Source of the DNA: an uncultured Hyphomicrobiales bacterium
GTDB taxonomy: Bacteria > Bacteroidota > Ignavibacteria > Kapaibacteriales > UBA2268
Direction of reading: 5' to 3'
DNA: 64,000 nt
NCBI GenBank assembly: GCA_964454975.1
Contig: CAYVVD010000001.1
Coordinates: 195,658-259,657, forward strand
In this document: positions 10,401 through 18,099 of the stretch, piece by piece
How the letters are laid out: the number at the start of each line of letters is the position of its first letter
Numbering within the stretch: the first letter of the stretch is position 1
The notes under the pieces: model-generated
The model's input: the letters and a program-made list of their open reading frames with translations, nothing else
What the model was told of the DNA's origin: nothing
The model's database searches: none
Position numbers and translations under genes: made by a program

Positions 10401-12434
10401 AAATTTGTACCTGATAGCAAGGGCAGGACAAATTCAAGACTTTTGATAAGATACCGTGAAGTTGATTCCTTAGAAACAGTTTACCTGTATGGCAGGGGTA
10501 CAGCCCCGGATATAACACACGAGGATGTGCTTATTGAACCATTCAAATGCAGGGGAGATATCAGGGATACTATATTAAACATTAGAAATAATGGAACGGG
10601 CGAATTGAAGATAAGCGATTTATTGCTTAATAGTGAAGATGCTGATGATTTCAAGGTAAACATTATAAACGGAAATAATATTCCACCGGGGGACACATTA
10701 AAGCTGAATATTGGTTTTACTCCTCAAAATACGGGTGTTAAGTATTCTGAAATAATTATAAAGCACAATTTAGATTTTAGCCTGAAGGATTCTACAACAA
10801 TCAAGGTATTTGCCGCCCTTGACAGTACAGAGTTAGCTTTATCAAACACTATAATCCGGTTTGAGGATATTGCTCCAAATGTCGAGGAAGTACAGGAAAT
10901 ATATTTACTTAATTTGGGCGACTACTCTGTTGAGTGGTTCCCTCCGGTAGACCTTGATTTTGCTGTAATAGAAAGTATTGAACCACAGATTACTCCTCCA
11001 AACGACAGCTCATTGGTAACAGTCAGATTCCTTGGAGCAGAAGAGAATAAACTGTTTGATACTACTTATACCTTTTTGGATGATTGTAATAATGAAGCGA
11101 CATTATCAATAATTGCAAACACAGGTATAAATGATGCTCAAATAAGCTCAGATGCATCAGTTAATTTTAACACAGTTGTATGCGACGAAACATCGAAATT
11201 CGCATTAGATATAGAAAATTCTGGTTCAACACCTCTTGTTATTGCAAATTACTATTTTGAGGGCGGGAATTTCAATGACTTTGAAACCTGTGAATCAGTA
11301 ACTGAAATATTAGTTCCTGCAGGTCTGTCAGAAATGATAGAGCTCTGTTTTACTCCTTCAAGTCCGGGCGAAAAATTAAGCGATTTTGTGCTTGTAACTA
11401 ATGCAAAGAATGCATTGGATGGGAAATATAAAATCCCTGTATCCGGGAAAAAGGAACTTGTTGCATTGAGAATGGGAAAAGATACACTCCATTTCGATGT
11501 ATTGTTTTCACAAACAGCTCAAACTGATTCAATTGCAATCATCAATATTGGTTCAATTGCAAGTATTATTAACTTCGAAGATAAGCAGGGTGATAAATTC
11601 AATATTAAATCAATTTTTCCACCTGAGACCGGGCCTGATGAATCTTCAACAATGATTATTGAATTTGAGGGTGGCGATGAGGGGGAACACTATGAAGGTA
11701 TGGTGCAAGTCATTGATAGGTGTGGTTTTAAGCTTCCGTTGTATTTAGTGGCGGATGTCAGAGGAGACAGGTTTATTACGCTCGAACCAAAGAGTTTTGA
11801 TGCAGATGCCGGTGAAACAAAGCAGCTTATTATTACCATTGATAATCCCAAATCGCTCGACCTGTCCGGTATTGATTCAGTTACTGCTACACTGATTTAT
11901 GATGCTACATTGATAGTACCCCTTGAAGGATTCACAAAAGATACTGTAATAAACGAGATTCGATATACGGATATTAGTATTGGTAATGATCAAGTACAAA
12001 ATGGATATTCAATGCCGGTACTTATCACGCTTGGCAGGACTGATTCCACAGATTTAAAAATAAAAAGTACAACTATCCATGGGGATGGTTCAATTTATCC
12101 ATTGACTTCAGATGGTCAATTCATATTAACCGGTGTATGCATTGAAGCATTGCCACGTTTTATTGGTGATGCGGGATTATTTTTTCTCGAACAGAACGTA
12201 CCCAATCCTGCCGAAAATTCAACAAAAATTACTTTTAGGCTAATAGAAAAGAGCAGTGCAACGCTCGAATTATATGACCTTTATGGCAGAAAATTGGAGC
12301 TAATGTTTGAAGCTATCGGGCCGGGTGAATTCGAACACGTTCTTGACCTCAAGACTTATCCCGCTGGAACGTACTTCTATATCCTTCGTACAGAATCATC
12401 TTTTGAACTCAGGAAGATGACTGTTTTCAGGTAA
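7482..12434 (+). CDS. Giant (1650 aa) secreted T9SS cargo protein: N-terminal signal peptide, possible degenerate vWA-like region, BNR-like module, WD40 beta-propeller, about eight ASH/Ig-like (choice-of-anchor-D-type) repeats, and a T9SS C-terminal sorting domain
   Basis: TTG start (no in-frame ATG upstream) with a signal-like N-terminus KHVLQYIAFIAFSFVCFA. WD40 repeats sit at aa ~490-790 (ISWSPLGTAIATVSEDDSLKVWE; LLATGGNNNELKIWN; FIAAAAGDDVYLWN; LIATGDFNGEAHIWD). The repeated ~100-aa Ig-like units carry FG-x-V/I motifs (LEFGIVPKDE; IDFGDALIWDE; VNFNTVVCDETSKF; LHFDVLFSQT). The C-terminus (NPAENSTKITFRL...LELYDLYGRKLEL...LKTYPAGTYFYILRTESSFELRKMTVFR) matches the T9SS type-A CTD. Confidence 0.8.
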   Translation: MKHVLQYIAFIAFSFVCFANDAEFFDFDVSEYPNITAKFHYFDDSGKPTNNLELDDIRLFENLIQRDLTTLECNVNTEYHPVSVIIAFDASKNAFKSINEYKKLLESFFLMDFAFKNEYALLSVNKNISILQDFTLNRQESNESIEKIQFNDFINLDSLFSGYYNGIENITSSAKYPVHLVMMSSNYNKFDTNEAQNHFNNSNITPHLISISGKVDNQLSRLIARNGGEIISLVEKFDSKSASIILARKIQGILPCNFTWVSGGCDTILNMEVSIPGETEKKEARIIVSKDKLPYIEFDPPVLEFGIVPKDETRFKEIKLTARNGDIMISNHQSSDTRFLVESYGGPPPDFIIREDSSRIFTIKYSASDTLYYFGRIDLVTDACIGKSILMTAGSYNVSAGKPLLSVNNPGPGDCFAAGADTIITWGGISHIDSVNILYSSDGGNDWSVIAENVTGNRFNWRIPLVNSDNNLIKVQQVAKEWGRDKILFLAQHGGPVTGISWSPLGTAIATVSEDDSLKVWESSTGALLQGIKDNNLRLNKIDWSPDMGEYKLTVVDKNYLVVWINDRKDSLTGRHGQFVSAEWSPGGGEELYAAGGTEDGYLYVWEYFGSQQAPDEIAIFESGVAIRCLDWSRFSDHVILGDNLGRIRKYNPSTDEITELAEISGAVNSLDYNKDNSLLATGGNNNELKIWNTSSNQVIKTLIVEETPVGEVEWDPSGRFIAAAAGDDVYLWNVNDWSEYYVYRVHNSTIGSISWKRDGNLIATGDFNGEAHIWDPDDIPFEKSIVQQDDSELFCTMIPDVAVKSVVFTPTLLGKQKDSLIIDFFINNSDFKFRIDSIILPNPSEFKIPDLEYPIEIEPQGSLDLNFSFRPTLPSIFETDITIVTQIGDLISKNRGRGFLPGLELSERNIDFGDALIWDESIEHILTIKNITDDAFVIRNLNISGVDNSQFMLETEINDSLINPQQEFGIKLKFVPDSKGRTNSRLLIRYREVDSLETVYLYGRGTAPDITHEDVLIEPFKCRGDIRDTILNIRNNGTGELKISDLLLNSEDADDFKVNIINGNNIPPGDTLKLNIGFTPQNTGVKYSEIIIKHNLDFSLKDSTTIKVFAALDSTELALSNTIIRFEDIAPNVEEVQEIYLLNLGDYSVEWFPPVDLDFAVIESIEPQITPPNDSSLVTVRFLGAEENKLFDTTYTFLDDCNNEATLSIIANTGINDAQISSDASVNFNTVVCDETSKFALDIENSGSTPLVIANYYFEGGNFNDFETCESVTEILVPAGLSEMIELCFTPSSPGEKLSDFVLVTNAKNALDGKYKIPVSGKKELVALRMGKDTLHFDVLFSQTAQTDSIAIINIGSIASIINFEDKQGDKFNIKSIFPPETGPDESSTMIIEFEGGDEGEHYEGMVQVIDRCGFKLPLYLVADVRGDRFITLEPKSFDADAGETKQLIITIDNPKSLDLSGIDSVTATLIYDATLIVPLEGFTKDTVINEIRYTDISIGNDQVQNGYSMPVLITLGRTDSTDLKIKSTTIHGDGSIYPLTSDGQFILTGVCIEALPRFIGDAGLFFLEQNVPNPAENSTKITFRLIEKSSATLELYDLYGRKLELMFEAIGPGEFEHVLDLKTYPAGTYFYILRTESSFELRKMTVFR

Positions 12435-12441
12435 ATTACAA

Positions 12442-12470
12442 ATAGAAGGAAATTCTAATTTTTCCTTTTT
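12442..12470 (+). terminator. Candidate rho-independent terminator after the giant gene
   Basis: GAAGGAAA ttctaattt TTCCTTTTTTC: a short stem followed by a T-run, 8 nt past the stop. Confidence 0.45.
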
Positions 12471-12477
12471 TCTTGAA

Positions 12478-12850
12478 ATGCCGCAAAAACTCAATTATCA
12501 GTATATCCGGAATTTACGGAATAGAGAAAGAGAACTAAGAAATAATCCTACTTTTGCCAAAAAAACATGCTCTTATTTAATTGGGGAAAAATGCACGGAT
12601 ATGATTCTGATAGGCAAAATCCAATTGGAAATTATTTATGACTCCTTCTGTTCGGATTTGCAACTTGCAACTGAAGTTGACGGTAAAAGTCATGACAGAA
12701 ATGAAGTAAAGAAAATGACGTAAAAAAGGAGCTGTTTGCCAAAGATCCAGGATTGAAATTAATGAGACTCAGAGATGAGAAGATATCAAGGAATAGGGAG
12801 TATGTGTTGGAAAAACTAAGGAGGTATATAATGGATTTCGAAAATGATAA
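12478..12850 (+). pseudogene. Degenerate, frameshifted DUF559 (Vsr-like endonuclease domain) remnant
   Basis: ORF 12478..12723 reads ...RERELRNNPTFAKK...IIYDSFCSDLQLATEVDGKSHD, against the DUF559 consensus R.LR.NQT.AEK.LW...YIVDFYC..LKLVIELDG..H. After the stop, a +1-shifted frame continues as GLKLMRLRDEKISRNREYVLEKL, resembling the family's GYRVIRFWNNEVL...VLEEI tail. Several conserved residues are replaced. Confidence 0.4.
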
Positions 12851-12922
12851 ATCACGAAATTATGGTAAATAATTTTTAACATACCCAACCCCCTCCTGAG
12901 AGGAGGTTGAGTGTGTGATAAA

Positions 12923-14008
12923 TCACTTGTTTTCCTTCATAAATTCTTCCATGAATTTTACAAGCGCCTCTACCGATTCATAAGTACATGCATTGTAAAT
13001 AGAAGCACGGCAACCGCCAACGGAACGGTGGCCTTTCAGATTTGTCATATTGTTGCGGGCACGTGCCTCGGATACAAATTTAGCTTCAAGTTCCGGTGTT
13101 GGCAAGTTCCATGTAACATTCATAATAGAGCGGTCTTCCTTACTCTGAACGGTTCCTTTATAAAAGCCTGGATTTGCATCAATAAAATCATATAACAGGT
13201 TTGATTTTTTCTCATTCATTGTTTGGACGGCTTCGAGCCCACCCTGGCGCTCAATCCATTTGAAAGTCCTGCCAACAACAAAAACAGGCAAGCATGGAGG
13301 TGTATTGAACATTGAGTCCTTGTCGAGGTGTGTTTTGTAGTTAAGCATAGTCGGTGCTTTGCCTGTGCTCTTTTTCTCGAAATATTCGTTTTTGATTATT
13401 ACCATAGTAACGCCTGCCGGACCAATGTTTTTCTGTGCGCCGGCATAAATCAGACTGAATTTCGAAAAATCAATCTCACGGGATAAAATATCGGAGGACA
13501 TATCGCAAATTAGTGGCACATCGCCGGTATCAGGAAATACATTCCAACGTGTGCCGTAGATTGTATTATTTGATGTAAGATGGACGTAGTCAGCATCTGC
13601 ATTAAAGCTGATTTCCTTCGGTATATAATTAAAATTCGCATCTTCTGAGCTTGCGACAACATCACATTTGCTGAGCCATTTAGCTTCTTTGATTGCTTTT
13701 TTCGACCATGCGCCGGTATTAACGTAATCAGCTTTGGTGCTCAGGAAGTTATAAGGCACCATCAGGAATTGCGTGCTGGCACCGCCTCCAAGAAACAATA
13801 CTGAGTATTCTGTTGGCGATAGGCCCATTATTTTAAGAGCGCCAGACTGCGCATCTTTAAATACTTCATCAAATTCTTTGGAACGGTGGCTAATTTCCAT
13901 TACGGACATTCCGGAACCGTTAAAATCCATTACTGCTTCGGCAGTTTCCTTAAGTACATCTACCGGGAGGACTGCCGGCCCTGCACTGAAATTATGTGCT
14001 CTGCTCAT
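12923..14008 (-). CDS. serC: Phosphoserine aminotransferase
   Basis: 361 aa reading MSRAHNFSAGPAVLPVDVLKE...MEISHRSKEF...GGGASTQF, with strong full-length SerC similarity. Confidence 0.9.
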   Translation of the reverse strand: MSRAHNFSAGPAVLPVDVLKETAEAVMDFNGSGMSVMEISHRSKEFDEVFKDAQSGALKIMGLSPTEYSVLFLGGGASTQFLMVPYNFLSTKADYVNTGAWSKKAIKEAKWLSKCDVVASSEDANFNYIPKEISFNADADYVHLTSNNTIYGTRWNVFPDTGDVPLICDMSSDILSREIDFSKFSLIYAGAQKNIGPAGVTMVIIKNEYFEKKSTGKAPTMLNYKTHLDKDSMFNTPPCLPVFVVGRTFKWIERQGGLEAVQTMNEKKSNLLYDFIDANPGFYKGTVQSKEDRSIMNVTWNLPTPELEAKFVSEARARNNMTNLKGHRSVGGCRASIYNACTYESVEALVKFMEEFMKENK

Positions 14009-14225
14009 CTGACACCTTTGATTTGAATTGAAATATCACTGGTTAATTGCTGGAATACATTGTCACACTTTGACTCCTCCCGCAATTGGCCGGGGAGGTG
14101 TTCAGTGCGACATAGTTTTGATAATTTTAAATTATGGCAGGCTGAGAGTAGTCGCAGCCTGTCACGAATCAAAAATTCAATAAATCTTCAAAAACTACGT
14201 TGCCTTTTTTCCTTTACAAAGAACA

Positions 14226-14350
14226 AGCAGACAAAATTAAAATATTTGGGATTATTCTCATAATTAGCCGGCTGTTTATTATTGACTAAGAGCCGTATTA
14301 AAAAAGATTAATCCTGATGTACTAAATGGATTCATCCATTCTTATACTAA
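14226..14350 (+). repeat. Direct repeat copy 1 (~125 bp, ~80% identical to 16380..16503); carries a decayed duplicate of the downstream DUF81 gene start (ATGGATTCATCCATTCTTATACTAAC)
   Basis: Compare AGCAGACAAAATTAAAATATTTGGGATTATTCTCATAATTAGCCGGCTGTTTATTATTGACTAAGAGCCG...ATTAATCC...TGGATTCAT with copy 2 AGCAGACAAAATTAAATTAATTGGGATTATTCTCATAATTTGCAGGCTTTAATTAACTGACTATGAGCAG...ATTAATCC...TGGATTCAT. Confidence 0.7.
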
Positions 14351-14486
14351 CTTTTTAAATATTCTTTATTTACGGGTTATTGTGTCACAACCATCACAAA
14401 CCCTTTTTTATCACTTACAATATAAATTTCTTCCGGATAAATCAGATTAGATAGGATATATCTGAAAATGATGTGATTCCGGTGTT

Positions 14487-15914
14487 CTATGGAATTTGAT
14501 AAACTTTGAGAACATTCTGCGGAAGGATACTGTTCGATGTTAATCCGGCTACGAAAACAACATTATCTCCTTCATTTACATAATCAATATCCTTTATGTA
14601 ATCGGTGATATTGACATAGATATCTTTCCTTTCATCTATCTGAGGTACATGAATTGAGTAAACTCCCCACACAAAACAAAGAATTCTCATTGTTTCGATA
14701 CTGTCAGTCATTGCAAGTATTGGTATGCACGGACGATATTTTGAAATATACTGAGCAGTATCGCCGGTCCCTGTGATGGATATTATGGCTGATGAACCTG
14801 TGCGCCTTGCTAATACACACGAGGCATTTGCCAGAGCATCAGAGAAGTCTTTTAGTTTCTCCCTTGGCGTCTCCGCTTCATAGTCTAAAGTGCAATATTT
14901 TTTCTCAACCGAAACAATTATCCTTTTCATATAATCAACTGCTTCAACAGGATAATCTCCTACACTGGTTTCACCTGAAAGCATTACTGCATCAGCGCCA
15001 TCAAGCACAGCGTTTGCAACATCACTGGCTTCAGCCCTTGTAGGACGAGGATTCCGGATCATCGACTCAAGCATTTGAGTAGCTACAATCACGGGTTTCC
15101 CATAAAAATTACATTTTTCTATGATCTCTTTTTGTACAAGGGGAACTTCTTCTGCCGGCATCTCAAGTCCCAGATCTCCCCTAGCGACCATTATCATATC
15201 TGTCTCTTTAATTATCCGACTGATGTGGCTAACCGCTTCAGATCTTTCAATTTTTGATACAATTGGGATAGACTTCCCCAATGTTTTCATTGCCGATTTT
15301 AACTCTAATAGATCATTTTCTGTCCTTACAAAGGACATAGCTAACGCATCAACATCATGTTCAAGTATAAATCTTAAATCTGCCATGTCTTTATTACTGA
15401 GTGACGGTGCTGATGACTCAATTCCGGGAATAATAATACCTTTATTATTTTTTAATAATCCACCCTTAACAACTGTAGTTCGAATTTCATCAGTTGTTAT
15501 CTCGTTTATCTTTAAAATAATATATCCATCATCAAGAAGTACTTCTTTACCAACTCTTGCATCCTTAATCAAGCCCGGGAAAGTAGTACCAACAATTTTA
15601 CTGTTTCCTTTATCTATTTCTCTGTTTGTGATAATAAATTGCCGACCATTCTCAAGACGGGCACCACTATTTTCCATAATTCCCGTACGGATCTTAGGGC
15701 CTTGCAGATCGCCAAGAATTGCTATAGGGGTACCGGCTTTTTCTTCTGCTGCTCTTATGTTGCTTATTAGTTTTGCGTGGTCTTCATGTGTTCCATGCGA
15801 GAAATTCAACCTTGCTACATTCATTCCGGCAAAAATCAAATTACAAATTGTTTCAACGTTATTAGTTGCGGGGCCAACTGTGCAAACTATCTTAGTCTTT
15901 GCAGGAACCTGCAT
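14487..15914 (-). CDS. pyk: Pyruvate kinase
   Basis: 475 aa reading MQVPAKTKIVCTVGPATNN...MNVARLNFSHGTHEDH...GDLQGPKIRTG, with the full barrel plus C-terminal domain. Confidence 0.9.
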   Translation of the reverse strand: MQVPAKTKIVCTVGPATNNVETICNLIFAGMNVARLNFSHGTHEDHAKLISNIRAAEEKAGTPIAILGDLQGPKIRTGIMENSGARLENGRQFIITNREIDKGNSKIVGTTFPGLIKDARVGKEVLLDDGYIILKINEITTDEIRTTVVKGGLLKNNKGIIIPGIESSAPSLSNKDMADLRFILEHDVDALAMSFVRTENDLLELKSAMKTLGKSIPIVSKIERSEAVSHISRIIKETDMIMVARGDLGLEMPAEEVPLVQKEIIEKCNFYGKPVIVATQMLESMIRNPRPTRAEASDVANAVLDGADAVMLSGETSVGDYPVEAVDYMKRIIVSVEKKYCTLDYEAETPREKLKDFSDALANASCVLARRTGSSAIISITGTGDTAQYISKYRPCIPILAMTDSIETMRILCFVWGVYSIHVPQIDERKDIYVNITDYIKDIDYVNEGDNVVFVAGLTSNSILPQNVLKVYQIP

Positions 15915-16011
15915 TTTTTACCTCGTTTTAATTAAAATTTATAGAAGTTTCTGTTCATACTCAGCTAACATGAAACATATGGTAGTCTCATAATTAACAG
16001 GATCTCATCTA

Positions 16012-16035
16012 ATGTCATTCTCGCGAAGGCGAGAA
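16012..16035. other. Perfect 8-bp hairpin (ATTCTCGC gaag GCGAGAAT) in the pyk 5' region
   Basis: Seen directly in the sequence, ~100 nt upstream of the pyk start on the opposite strand. It could be a 5'-UTR stabiliser or attenuator, or a terminator for an unannotated transcript. Confidence 0.35.
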
Positions 16036-16379
16036 TCAAGTATTTATCACTGTTTTTAGATTCGGGCATTTGCAAGAACGACCAGAATCTTTACCTATAA
16101 GACAGCATCATTATAGAATATTGTTTTAATATTTCTCCTGAATAATCCTTAATTAATCAATAGCCGGATTTATCCCTGGTTCAATAGTACCTTCTTTCAC
16201 GAAACAAAAGGCGCTTTCACCCTGAACAACATTTGACAAATTAGAGCAGGGCATTGTTGCTCTGATTCCAGATAGCCAAAAGCTGTATTCAAAAAAAAAT
16301 GCTTGTTTACCATATACACATGATTCAAAAAAACTATTACGCCGAAATCAGCGATATCTTGTCCGGAATTTGCCATATC

Positions 16380-16503
16380 AGCAGACAAAATTAAATTAAT
16401 TGGGATTATTCTCATAATTTGCAGGCTTTAATTAACTGACTATGAGCAGGATTAACATAGATTAATCCCAATATGCAAATTGGATTCATATATACTCATA
16501 TTA
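16380..16503 (+). repeat. Direct repeat copy 2 (paired with 14226..14350); overlaps the promoter and start of the TauE/SafE-like gene
   Basis: See copy 1. This copy contains the functional start region (TTGGATTCATATATACTCATATTAGTG...). Confidence 0.7.
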
Positions 16504-17226
16504 GTGCTGGCAATTCTTTTTGTTTCAAGTTTTGTACGCTCGGCATTCGGATTTGGCGATGCTCTTATTGCAATGCCGCTTCTTGTTTTTTTAATAGATA
16601 TAAAAATTGCTACTCCTATTGTGGCTCTTGCAGCAATACTTATCGCTACAATAATTTTAATAGAAGAATTTCGCAGATTTGATTTAAAACGTCACCTGCC
16701 CTTGATACTGTACAGTGTAGCAGGCATACCATTTGGGTTATTTTACCTCAGGCATGCAGGTGAATCACTCGTTAAGATTGTGCTTGGTGTTGTGCTTTTT
16801 ATATTTAGCCTTTATAATATACTAAAACCCGGAATGTTGAATTTGAAAAGTAATAAATCCAAACCGGTTTTTGGTTTCCTGGGTGGACTGCTTGGTGGCG
16901 CCTATAACACAAATGGCCCGCCTATAATAATTTACGGCATGCTTAGGGGATGGGAACCTGCTGAATTCCGGACTATCCTGCAGGGTATTTTCTTCCCTGT
17001 AAACCTGACTATCATAATCGGTCATGGCTTGGGTGGATTCTGGACTTCTGAAGTGATTGAAACATTCCTTTATGCTCTGCCGGTAATACTGGTTGCAATT
17101 TTTGCCGGGAGATTTGTAAACAAGCGAATCAGCATTCAGAGTTTTGTAAGGCTGATTTATTTCATGCTGCTTGCTATTTCAATTGTGCTGTTAGTTTCAG
17201 GTGCGGGGCCCCTCATAGAAATATAG
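16480..17226 (+). CDS. TauE/SafE (DUF81) family anion/sulfite exporter-type membrane protein
   Basis: About 8 TM helices with the internal repeat pattern (GFGDALIAMPLL...; GGLLGGAYNTNGPPIIIYGM) typical of DUF81. It probably starts at TTG 16480 or GTG 16507. Its 3' end overlaps the convergent CPBP gene by 30 nt. Confidence 0.7.
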   Translation: MDSYILILVLAILFVSSFVRSAFGFGDALIAMPLLVFLIDIKIATPIVALAAILIATIILIEEFRRFDLKRHLPLILYSVAGIPFGLFYLRHAGESLVKIVLGVVLFIFSLYNILKPGMLNLKSNKSKPVFGFLGGLLGGAYNTNGPPIIIYGMLRGWEPAEFRTILQGIFFPVNLTIIIGHGLGGFWTSEVIETFLYALPVILVAIFAGRFVNKRISIQSFVRLIYFMLLAISIVLLVSGAGPLIEI

Positions 17227-17820
17227 ACCAAGCCCAACGGTAAATACATATCCACCATAAATACCGTGTTCTATTGCAGCGACAAGAATTGAACCTGTGT
17301 CACGGTATGTTCGGGCAAACAAAATCCCACCAAGCAGTGAAAATCCAATTGCAATCCAGTTATCATAAATAATATGAAGAAAGGCAAATACTAAAGCGTT
17401 TGATAAAATCATAATCCAACCGGAGCCGACAAGCTTACCATAACGGTGAAAGAAAAATGCACGGTAAACTATCTCTTGTGTATAAGCTGAAAGAGCAGGG
17501 TAGAGTAACATTACAAGAGCCCAAAGCCAGGGACGATAATGTGGAAACTTGAGGAATGTCCATGGCTGATAGAAGTAGACAAAAAAGAATAATAAAAGGG
17601 CAATTATGATAAACCTGAGTAATATTTTGGGCAGGTAATCAAGTAATTTATCGATGGAGAAGAAACGTTTGTTATCAAAGGATTTATCCCTGAAAAGTAT
17701 AAAAGTGATAATTCCTGTTACAGCTATAAGTACAGGTATCTTTGGAATACCTACGGGATCAAAATAAAAAACAAGCGGTATTAAAATAAATACAAATAAA
17801 AACTCGGCTAATTTTCCCAA
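17197..17820 (-). CDS. CPBP-family (CAAX/Abi) intramembrane metalloprotease
   Basis: Motifs EIVYRAFF...FAFLH...GGILFARTYRDTGSILVAAIEHGIYG (EExxxR, FxxxH, HxxxN/ H) in a polytopic membrane protein. TTG start. Confidence 0.75.
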   Translation of the reverse strand: MGKLAEFLFVFILIPLVFYFDPVGIPKIPVLIAVTGIITFILFRDKSFDNKRFFSIDKLLDYLPKILLRFIIIALLLFFFVYFYQPWTFLKFPHYRPWLWALVMLLYPALSAYTQEIVYRAFFFHRYGKLVGSGWIMILSNALVFAFLHIIYDNWIAIGFSLLGGILFARTYRDTGSILVAAIEHGIYGGYVFTVGLGLYFYEGPRT

Positions 17821-18099
17821 TCAAAATCCTCTATAAATTTCAATACTTTGACGAATGGAAAGTTATACGGTTTTAAATAACTTATTGTATCAATGATTGA
17901 TTTATTCACGGTATAGAAGATGCCCAAAATAGATTAAAATCGCACTTTTTCACACGGCTTTTCCAGGTAATCTACCTTGTAATAATGCAACCCATTTCCA
18001 CACAAAATTTACAAAAGCCTCTATTTTTTTGTTGCATTTTCCATTTTGGTTAATTTTGGAGATTGTTTTGAAATCAGTTTATTTAATAAAAGGTACAAA

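Noticed and set aside
15121-15993. 290-aa ORF on the + strand
   Set aside because: It lies entirely antisense to the well-supported pyruvate kinase gene. Its low-complexity S/I/L-rich translation is typical of a shadow ORF.
17197-17226. 30-nt 3'-end overlap of the convergent DUF81 exporter and CPBP protease genes
   Set aside because: A short convergent tail overlap is common in compact genomes and is not evidence of a functional unit.
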